DNA from: a virus
Taxonomy: Duplodnaviria > Caudoviricetes
IMG/VR virus record: IMGVR_UViG_3300014656_000135
Location: 1-24,287 of that record
Direction: 5' to 3' (one strand)
Length of the DNA stretch: 24,287 nucleotides
Shown here: piece by piece, positions 17,674 to 24,287 of the stretch
Numbering within the stretch: position 1 is the first letter of the stretch
How the letters are laid out: each line of letters begins with the position of its first letter
The notes under the pieces: model-generated
Told to the model about the DNA's origin: nothing
Database searches by the model: none
What the model saw: only the letters and a program-made list of their open reading frames with translations
Translations under genes and position numbers: made by a program

Positions 17674-19248
17674 ATGGCAGTCTCCTTCACCCTCAGCCAG
17701 GATCTGGTCTATCCCATGACCGGGGAGGTCGTGACCCTGCGCGCGCGCAACGGCACGGCTGGCAACCGCATCCGCTGGCGTCTCGCCAGCAAGCCTGCCG
17801 ATTCATCGTTGGTCGTCTACTCGGCGCAGGATTCCGGCCCGTGGCTGGGTGGCAAGCAGGACAACTTCGCAGAGCTCGCGCCCGACACACATGGCACCTA
17901 CGTGCTAACAGCCGTGGAGGAGACCTTCGATTCCGACATCCCGCACTTCCACGGGCAGGGCTCGGCATCGCTCAATCCGGTCGAGCACTGGACCGTTGCG
18001 ACGACAGAGGACTACACGGTTTATGTCGGCCTCGAAGTCGAACGCAGGATCGGCGTGGCCCCGCACCAGGCGACGGTGAAGGCGTGGTTGACGGCATCCG
18101 GGCCAGCCACGGAAGGCGTGTTGACAGCATGGTTCGACCCGGGCCGGGCTCCGCGGATCCATTCCCCGACCACCGATGTGGCTAACGCAGCCATGGGGGC
18201 GTCAGAGGTGGTGGCGCATCTCGCACGCATCGGAGGCGCCGGGTACACGGGGTCGTCCGATCTTGTGGTGGCCGATGGGACGGGGAGCGGGTTCCTATAC
18301 TCCCCGTTTACGATCCTGGCCCTGCTGGAATTGCACTTCAATTCGCACAGGGTCAACACGACCAACGCGATCCACGGGGCGGCGGACGCGGCGGACAAGA
18401 TCGGGCTGGCGCTGCCTACGACGGAAGCGTTGCTGATCACATACTGCAACACGTTCCGCACCAACTACGGCGTGCACATCACCAAGGGCGGACCGACGCA
18501 CCCGACAGGCGCTGACCTGACGAACGTCCTGGCGGCGGCGGCAGCCGCGGATCTGGCAGGATGCGTGACGCTGCTGCAGGACATCAAGGCGAAGTATTCC
18601 GCACATCGCGTGCTCCACGTCGGTTCGGGTCACTCCGATCCAGGCGACGGCAGGAACAGGGAATCGCCTTGGATCCTGGCCACCGGTTCGGACCTCGACA
18701 CGACATGTGCATATGCGTTCGCCTTCGGCACGGTATGGGACGCGCACATGGACGCCCTCGGGCCAGGTGCCGCCTACCACGCATTGTCCGACACGTTCAA
18801 CACGGTCGGCGGATACAACGCAACGACGTTGGAGGATTTGATAGCCAAGGCCAACATGTTCGCCGACATGCTCGGGTCGCACTGCACCAACATCAGGTCG
18901 GATACCATGGTAGAGGCCGTGTTCCACACCAATCCGGACCACGGCGGCGACATGTCGACGGTGCCGAGGGCCAGCGACTGGACGAGCGCGGTAGAGCTCA
19001 TCGACACCTGTGCGAGGATATTCGCGCGACACATGGACGACGATCGTTCCGACACATGGCATCCGGCAGCGGCGGGGACACCTGACGTCAACGCCGGGAC
19101 GTGGTACACGCAGCTCTATGGCGTGTCGTACTTGAACCAGGTCTACCAGGACGCGGTGGCATCCAGCACGCTGGGGTCTCCTGGCAACTCGATCGCGGCA
19201 ATCAACAACGTCCTCACGTGGGGCGGATTCACAAAGGCGGCTGGCTGA
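17674..19248 (+). CDS. Putative virion protein with Ig/PKD-like N-terminus and six paired-His repeats, 524 aa
   Basis: GEVVTL...RWRLASKPADS...LAPDTHGTYVL N-terminus; recurring aromatic-x-x-H...H...D motif in the C-terminal half. Confidence 0.7.
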   Translation: MAVSFTLSQDLVYPMTGEVVTLRARNGTAGNRIRWRLASKPADSSLVVYSAQDSGPWLGGKQDNFAELAPDTHGTYVLTAVEETFDSDIPHFHGQGSASLNPVEHWTVATTEDYTVYVGLEVERRIGVAPHQATVKAWLTASGPATEGVLTAWFDPGRAPRIHSPTTDVANAAMGASEVVAHLARIGGAGYTGSSDLVVADGTGSGFLYSPFTILALLELHFNSHRVNTTNAIHGAADAADKIGLALPTTEALLITYCNTFRTNYGVHITKGGPTHPTGADLTNVLAAAAAADLAGCVTLLQDIKAKYSAHRVLHVGSGHSDPGDGRNRESPWILATGSDLDTTCAYAFAFGTVWDAHMDALGPGAAYHALSDTFNTVGGYNATTLEDLIAKANMFADMLGSHCTNIRSDTMVEAVFHTNPDHGGDMSTVPRASDWTSAVELIDTCARIFARHMDDDRSDTWHPAAAGTPDVNAGTWYTQLYGVSYLNQVYQDAVASSTLGSPGNSIAAINNVLTWGGFTKAAG

Positions 19249-20939
19249 TGGCATCTCCTACCTTCCGGATGGGCTACGCCGCCCTTGTCGGTGGCCCCTA
19301 CGGCAACTGGGGCGCGTACGACGAAGCGATCGATGTGCCCGCGTCGTACTTCGTCAAGGTCGAGCTGCAATCCGCTGTGGACGTCAACTCGATCAATGTC
19401 GAGATCCTGAGCGCAGACCCGGACCAGATAGCGGCAGGACTGCCGACGCCGACCGTCGACCAGGTCACGAAGACGGCGACGTTCCAGATGCCGGCGGTAG
19501 GTTCCTGCTACCTCGTCACCACCACAATCGACTATGGGACGAGCTCGACGCAGACCAGTTCGCTCGCGGCGCACGTGCTCAACGCGGCGAGCCGACGTCT
19601 GATCGCGGTGGGCGAGACAGACGAGGCAGACCGCACGAACTACTGGGTGCCCAAGATCAACGAGGCGATCGGAGCCGGTGGCGCCGCGGGGACGCCGTTC
19701 GGAGCCGTCGTCTACGTGGACGCCGACAACGGCAACGACACCAGCGGGGCGCGAGGGGACCACACCAAGCCGTATCTGACGATCACGGCGGCGTTGGCCG
19801 TCTATCAATCGGGCGACGTGATGCTGGTCGGCCCAGGCGCGTACACCGAGAACGTCACGATCCCGAACCTGGCAACAGTGATCATCCAAGGGCACGGACG
19901 CAATGCGACGACAATCGTCAACGCAGGGGCCGGGGCGACGATCGGATATGTCTCAGGCGGCGCGAACGCGCTGCAGACGCTGGTGCTCCGGGGGATGACG
20001 GTCCACAACACCAACGGTTCTTCGACGTTGATTGTCGACGGGACGCTGGACGCGGACCTGTTCCTGACCGGGCCACTGTTGCTCGACGACGTGAAGCTTT
20101 CGCAAGCGGCCGGGAATGCGACTCTGTATCTGATCCGCGTCAACCAGGTCTGGCTTCGCGACGTCTACACGTCCGCGACCCAATTCAACGAAGTCGCACA
20201 GGTGCTCGCACGCAACTGGATCAACAACTCGAAAGAAAGCATCTGGAACTACAATTCAGCGGACCCTGAACCGAGCGGCAAGAGGCTGGTGCATCATTTC
20301 TGGGATTGCATGCTGGGGACCGTGACATGCAACGAACAGAGCGCGCTGTACTTCCATTCGACTTGTATGGTAGGGACGTTCGGCGGAGTGCTGGGCGACG
20401 AAGCCGCCGGGGATTATGGATACATCCGGTGCGACGGCGAGACAGACACGGTCGACGTCACGTTCGATTACGACAACGTCGCGGTGCCGATCGGGCTCGA
20501 CTTCTCCGGCGCGACAATCAACGCTCAATTCACGGCGGCCGACGCTGGATCCACGACGAACAAGTTGATCGCACTGGCGCGCAACACGAAGTTCACGTTC
20601 CCGACCGCCGACAAGATCGAAGCCGGTTCGATGACCGAATTCTATCTCGAGGGAGCTTCGTTCGCCCAGGATTCACTCAAGTCCAGCGGCGGCACCACAG
20701 GTGAGATAGACCGCGATACCCACTCCCAAGCCGTCAACCTGGGCGGTGGCGGGCAAGCAGTGACGTGGGACAATGCGGGCGGGTCGGTCCCGTTCGTATC
20801 CGCGCCTGCCGCTGTACTGGTCGAGTTGTCCGGGTCGGCTGCGCAGGCCGGTGTGACGGCGAAGGCCAACACGGGATGCACGGTCACACCAGCCGGGGCA
20901 GATGCCGGCGCCACTGTAACGGCTTTTCTGAGGAGATAG
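19248..20939 (+). CDS. Putative tailspike/receptor-binding protein with pectate-lyase-like beta-helix, 563 aa
   Basis: ATG at TGATG overlap; VVYVDADNGND...KPYLTITAAL...GDVMLVGPGAYTENV...IQGHG beta-helix cap motif; C-terminal VTW...PFVSAPAAVLV...TGCTV small beta domain. Confidence 0.75.
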   Translation: MASPTFRMGYAALVGGPYGNWGAYDEAIDVPASYFVKVELQSAVDVNSINVEILSADPDQIAAGLPTPTVDQVTKTATFQMPAVGSCYLVTTTIDYGTSSTQTSSLAAHVLNAASRRLIAVGETDEADRTNYWVPKINEAIGAGGAAGTPFGAVVYVDADNGNDTSGARGDHTKPYLTITAALAVYQSGDVMLVGPGAYTENVTIPNLATVIIQGHGRNATTIVNAGAGATIGYVSGGANALQTLVLRGMTVHNTNGSSTLIVDGTLDADLFLTGPLLLDDVKLSQAAGNATLYLIRVNQVWLRDVYTSATQFNEVAQVLARNWINNSKESIWNYNSADPEPSGKRLVHHFWDCMLGTVTCNEQSALYFHSTCMVGTFGGVLGDEAAGDYGYIRCDGETDTVDVTFDYDNVAVPIGLDFSGATINAQFTAADAGSTTNKLIALARNTKFTFPTADKIEAGSMTEFYLEGASFAQDSLKSSGGTTGEIDRDTHSQAVNLGGGGQAVTWDNAGGSVPFVSAPAAVLVELSGSAAQAGVTAKANTGCTVTPAGADAGATVTAFLRR

Positions 20940-20942
20940 ACA

Positions 20943-21476
20943 ATGTCATCCGACGTAATCGAAAACGGAATCACCCGCGTCGTCGGGGTCGCTGGCGGTC
21001 AAGCTGTCCCGGTGTCCGGGACGGTGACGGCCACGGGCGCGGCCACGGAAGCCACGCTGGCTGCGCAGTCCGCGAAGATCACGGCGTGCGACACGACCGG
21101 GAAAGCCACGGCTGCATTGCAGACCACGGCGAACGCCGCCCTCGGAGCCGGAGGCACCTGGACCCCGGCGACGGCTGCAGCTGCGGACGACGACGCGCAG
21201 ATCAGCGCGGCAGCCTGCTACGCCGCGGAGGTGCTGGCGGCGAACAGCCACGCGACCATCACGTACTACCTGATGCTCTTCGACGCCACGAGTCTGCCGG
21301 CCAACGGGACCGCGCCGCGGATCCCGGCGATACCCCTCGCCGCGGGTCAGTCGGTGTCGCTGCCTGTGCGATTGACGTGCGCGACCGGGCTGTACTGGGC
21401 TGCGTCTACCACGGTATCCACGCTGACCGTTTCCGCGACGACGCCCTTCCAGGTGTCGGCGCTGCTGGTGGCGTGA
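20943..21476 (+). CDS. Hypothetical virion protein, 177 aa
   Basis: SD GAGGAG; Ala/Thr-rich stalk then YLMLFDATSLPANGTAP...TGLYWAAST beta-sandwich-like domain. Confidence 0.7.
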   Translation: MSSDVIENGITRVVGVAGGQAVPVSGTVTATGAATEATLAAQSAKITACDTTGKATAALQTTANAALGAGGTWTPATAAAADDDAQISAAACYAAEVLAANSHATITYYLMLFDATSLPANGTAPRIPAIPLAAGQSVSLPVRLTCATGLYWAASTTVSTLTVSATTPFQVSALLVA

Positions 21477-22225
21477 TGAGCGGAGGAACCGGAATCACAT
21501 TCCCCGTCGACTCGCGGCGGATATGCACGCATCCGCTGGGCGGCGGCGCGGTGTGGACGCCTGCCGATCTGGGTGCGCTGTACGAGGCGGATTGGGATGC
21601 TATGTCCGGCATCACCATTACCAGTGGCAGGGTATCCGGTTGGGCTGACAAGACGACGAACGGACACGACGGCGTGCAGGCCAACGCGGCGGATCAACCC
21701 GTCGTGGCGTCTGGCGTGGCAAACGGACTAGATGCGGTGTTGTTCGCGATTGCCGGGACCGAGTTCCTGACTCTGGCGGCGGCACTGGGCGGGACGGCGG
21801 GACATCTGTTTGCGATCGTCAAAGGCACAACGGACTCCGGGGTGAATACAGGGCCGCCTGTATACGCTGGTTCGGCCGCTCCGCAGTCTTATTTCCCTTT
21901 CACAAACGGGACGATCTATGAGTCGTTCGGGTCGACCACACGTCAGACGACGAGCAACCCGGCAGCCACGCTTGTGGCGTTCAATTGTTATGAGGTCGTG
22001 TCTGCGTCGGGGCGTTTCACCAACAGACTCAACGGAGTCGAGCTCTACGCGACCGGGACCAACACTGTCGGATGGGCCGCTGTACAAAAGATCGGCGGCG
22101 GTCCTAGCGTATACTTCGACGGATGGATCGCACGTGCGATCGTGTGTGGAGCGGAACTGACAGGGGCGAACCTGGTTTCGATGCGCGCGTATCTCACGGC
22201 AACATACGGGGTGGCATTCCCATGA
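21476..22225 (+). CDS. Concanavalin A/LamG-like lectin-domain protein, 249 aa
   Basis: ATG at TGATG overlap; WTPADL...WDA...VSGWADKTTNGH...Q....QP, RLNG, IGG...FDGWIARAIV...YLTATYG motifs. Confidence 0.78.
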   Translation: MSGGTGITFPVDSRRICTHPLGGGAVWTPADLGALYEADWDAMSGITITSGRVSGWADKTTNGHDGVQANAADQPVVASGVANGLDAVLFAIAGTEFLTLAAALGGTAGHLFAIVKGTTDSGVNTGPPVYAGSAAPQSYFPFTNGTIYESFGSTTRQTTSNPAATLVAFNCYEVVSASGRFTNRLNGVELYATGTNTVGWAAVQKIGGGPSVYFDGWIARAIVCGAELTGANLVSMRAYLTATYGVAFP

Positions 22226-22671
22226 TCGCCAGCACAGGATACACAAAAACAGAAATAGAAGCGATGGAGCGTGCTGCGCGCAAGCTGCTGGACATCCCGG
22301 CGTTGCCGGACACGTTGACAGACGACATCCGCGCTGACGTGGCAGAGTCGGGGATCCATGCCGCCCTGCTCAAATGGACGTCTACTGTCGCCTACGCGTT
22401 CGCACTCGACACGGACCCGGCGGAATTCAAAGCACGGAGTGGCCGAACCGCAGAGCACTACAGGCACCCGGTCAAAGACGAGTATTGCTATCCAGTCAAT
22501 GCCCTGGCAACGAAGCTTGCGGACCCGTCGGCGCGTGCGAAGTGCGCTGCAGCGGAGCTGGCGGTGCTGGACGCGCACGCCGCGGCAGCGAAGCCGCTCC
22601 CGAAGGAGTGGGAGCCTGCTGCCGACGTGACGCCGAAGCCCGTCGGGGAACCGATTGTGAGGATTCGATGA
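22222..22671 (+). CDS. Hypothetical protein, possible fibre chaperone, 149 aa
   Basis: ATGA overlaps at both ends; follows the lectin gene; HPVKDEYCYPV...LPKEW pattern. Confidence 0.62.
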   Translation: MIASTGYTKTEIEAMERAARKLLDIPALPDTLTDDIRADVAESGIHAALLKWTSTVAYAFALDTDPAEFKARSGRTAEHYRHPVKDEYCYPVNALATKLADPSARAKCAAAELAVLDAHAAAAKPLPKEWEPAADVTPKPVGEPIVRIR

Positions 22672-23015
22672 CCGCGACATTGATTGCAACGCTCGCATCC
22701 GCCCCCGTGATCACCGCTGTCGTGGCGATCCTCCGGCGCGTGTTCGGGCGCGAGAAACTCGACGGCTGGATCATCCCGGTCGTAGCCGGGGTGCTCGCGG
22801 TAGCAAGCGCGGTGCTCGGGTACTACGCCGCCGCGATACCGCCGATCGTGTGGGTCGTGCTCGGGCCGATCGTGACCACGGTGCTCGCGGTCGGCGGGAT
22901 GCAGGCCGCGCAGGACGTGGCGGCGAAAGCCAAGGGCGCCGCGGTGACCTGGGTGGAGGCGCCGAAAGCCGCACCCGATACCATCCCAGCGCCGCGGCCG
23001 GACGTGGAGCCGTGA
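22668..23015 (+). CDS. Putative holin, 115 aa
   Basis: Three hydrophobic segments (APVITAVVAIL, WIIPVVAGVLAVASAVLG, IVWVVLGPIVTTVLAVGG), polar Pro-rich tail, position after tail genes. Confidence 0.68.
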   Translation: MTATLIATLASAPVITAVVAILRRVFGREKLDGWIIPVVAGVLAVASAVLGYYAAAIPPIVWVVLGPIVTTVLAVGGMQAAQDVAAKAKGAAVTWVEAPKAAPDTIPAPRPDVEP

Positions 23016-23467
23016 CCGCTCTCGACGACGGCAACAGCAAGCACTACTGCGTCCAGTTGTCGCGTTTCGACGCGCTGGACAGCGGCGTCGGACGGTGCGT
23101 GGCGGAGGCGTCAGGCGCGCGAGTGGCCGCGGAGCGCGCGGCTGACGCGGTGCTGGAGCTGACAGCGTCGCTGACCGCGCTACGACAGCAGCGCGAGCGT
23201 GAGTGCGACATCCGCCACGTCGGCCTCGACCGCGAGGTGCGCGACATCAAGATCCGCGTCGGACGGGTCGAGGACCACGAGGACCACGAGGACGACGAGC
23301 CCGACACCGGGGTCATGAGCCGCGACGAGCTGGTGACGGATCGGCACCGGCTCAAGGACACGCACGAGGTAGAGCTCAGGAGCGAGCGGATCAAGGGGAT
23401 CGTCGCCGTTTCCGTGGCGGTGTGCAGTCTGGTTACCGCACTTGGTACAGTGTTGCTTTCGAGGTGA
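23012..23467 (+). CDS. Coiled-coil protein with C-terminal membrane anchor (lysis-associated, XhlA-like topology), 151 aa
   Basis: GTGA overlap; charged helical body; single terminal hydrophobic stretch GIVAVSVAVCSLVTALGTVLL. Confidence 0.6.
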   Translation: MTALDDGNSKHYCVQLSRFDALDSGVGRCVAEASGARVAAERAADAVLELTASLTALRQQRERECDIRHVGLDREVRDIKIRVGRVEDHEDHEDDEPDTGVMSRDELVTDRHRLKDTHEVELRSERIKGIVAVSVAVCSLVTALGTVLLSR

Positions 23468-23471
23468 GACA

Positions 23472-23759
23472 ATGAGACTATTCCTGCGAATCTGGTACAC
23501 ACTTCTGGCGTGGCTCGGTGTCTGTGATCTGCGCCGGGACGTGTTTGCGATACTGACCTTTTTGACAATCGCTTCGGGCTGCGCGCACGCGAACAAGGCT
23601 GCGCCTACGTTGGTGATCACAGCGGACGCGTGCGAGAGGCTCGCGGTGCTGTACCGCAGACCCGACATCGCGGAGGTCTGCCGGCGGGGCGGCGACGTCG
23701 CGCCGATTCTGGACGTGCTGCTGGCGGAGGCGGCGGAGCACGAGGCGGCGCGCAAGTGA
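23472..23759 (+). CDS. Putative lipoprotein (possible spanin component), 95 aa
   Basis: SD GAGGTGA; RRD then VFAILTFLTIASG-C37 lipobox-like site; two further Cys in the mature part. Confidence 0.55.
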   Translation: MRLFLRIWYTLLAWLGVCDLRRDVFAILTFLTIASGCAHANKAAPTLVITADACERLAVLYRRPDIAEVCRRGGDVAPILDVLLAEAAEHEAARK

Positions 23760-23986
23760 CCCACATGTGGTGCAGTGATCTGGAAGCGCGGATCAAGGCG
23801 CTGGAAGCAAAAGCCAAGCGCACGTGCGCGGGTTGCATCAACTGGTGCGGATCGCATGAACCCTACCAGGACAAACCGGTGTGGGGCGATTGCGCTGCAA
23901 TGCGGGTGGCGATCGGTGACAAGGTCGTGGGGGCCGTGCAGACATTGCACGACTACGCGTGCCCGGCATGGGAGGACGAGCCGTGA
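23756..23986 (+). CDS. Small Cys-rich putative metal-binding protein, 76 aa
   Basis: GTGA overlaps at both ends; C24-x2-C27...WGDC46...C69-x2-W. Confidence 0.68.
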   Translation: MTHMWCSDLEARIKALEAKAKRTCAGCINWCGSHEPYQDKPVWGDCAAMRVAIGDKVVGAVQTLHDYACPAWEDEP

Positions 23987-24287
23987 CCGCACGCGGGCTG
24001 GGCTGGCGCCCCGACCACACGCACCCCGAACTGGGGGCGGCGCAGCTTCCGCACAAGGCGGCGGCGATCCCGGAGGCGGTGTCGCTCCACGGGCTGTGCG
24101 ACGTGATCGATCAAGCACAGGCGTCATCGTGCCCCGCGAACGCCTACGCCGGCGCGATGCTGCTGTGGATGCGCGCGCACGGGATGAGCGACGCCAAGCG
24201 CCCGTCGGACCGCTGGCTGTACAAGCATGCCCGCGAGCTGGACGAGCACGAGGGCCGCGGCGGACTCGCGACGGACGATGACGGTAC
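23983..24287 (+). CDS. Papain-family (C1A-like) cysteine peptidase, 3'-truncated
   Basis: Hand translation: MTARGLGWRPD...IPEAVSL...VIDQAQASSCPANAYAGA...PSDRWLYKHAR...DDG; SD GGAGGA 23971-23976; Gln44 and Cys50 have papain Q19/C25 spacing. Confidence 0.78.
   Translation, partial: MTARGLGWRPDHTHPELGAAQLPHKAAAIPEAVSLHGLCDVIDQAQASSCPANAYAGAMLLWMRAHGMSDAKRPSDRWLYKHARELDEHEGRGGLATDDDG

Larger units (their letters stand above)
1..24287 (+). mobile_element. Phage/prophage virion morphogenesis and lysis region (contractile, Mu-like tail), partial
   Basis: Unbroken plus-strand gene order head-neck-sheath-tube-chaperone-tape measure-baseplate-adhesins-holin; junctions overlap or are 18 nt or less; no boundaries or att sites inside the window. 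Confidence 0.96.

Noticed and set aside
17041-22671. Diversity-generating retroelement or invertible fibre cassette
   Set aside because: No reverse transcriptase, invertase, adenine-mismatched repeat pair or inverted fibre copy seen; components outside the window cannot be excluded
23270-23299. 9-bp tandem repeat GAGGACCAC x2 + GAGGACGAC
   Set aside because: Short in-frame slippage encoding EDHEDHEDDE; not CRISPR-like and no evident function
1-24287. Genome-wide stop-codon reassignment (TGA or TAG)
   Set aside because: Recognisable proteins are full length in the standard code and many TGA stops form ATGA/GTGA/TGATG overlaps with out-of-frame next genes
1-24287. Promoters, intrinsic terminators, tRNA/ncRNA, CRISPR arrays
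   Set aside because: No intergenic gap exceeds 18 nt, and no hairpin-plus-U-tract or spaced direct-repeat array was seen
1-24287. Specific host assignment (for example Myxococcota)
   Set aside because: High GC and a lipoprotein-like gene are only compatible with a GC-rich diderm; no diagnostic evidence without a search

Overview
The window is one continuous, high-GC (about two-thirds by eye), all-plus-strand late operon of a myovirus-type phage or prophage, truncated at both ends, with 32 tightly packed CDSs. Head module: a gpF-like/prohead protease/scaffold ORF, cement protein and major capsid. It is followed by Mu-like neck and contractile-tail genes (gp36-like adaptor, sheath, tube, chaperone, tape measure, gpN-, gp44-, gp45-, gp46-, gp47- and gp48-like), six probable distal-tail/adhesin genes and a lysis-like cassette. 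Most notable: (1) a complete three-part -1 frameshift signal in the tail chaperone whose shifted product is shorter than the unshifted one; (2) a papain-family cysteine peptidase, missed by the ORF track, running off the end of the lysis-like cassette; (3) a Pro-rich, almost uncharged 32-aa-repeat protein directly after the spike gene; (4) a virion-region protein with six paired-His repeats; (5) a three-domain head ORF with two internal Shine-Dalgarno (SD) starts, inside a head module that lies entirely in one reading frame. All family calls come from motif recognition and gene order; no database searches were run. No RNA genes, CRISPR arrays, integrase or transposase were seen, and the host cannot be assigned from this window.
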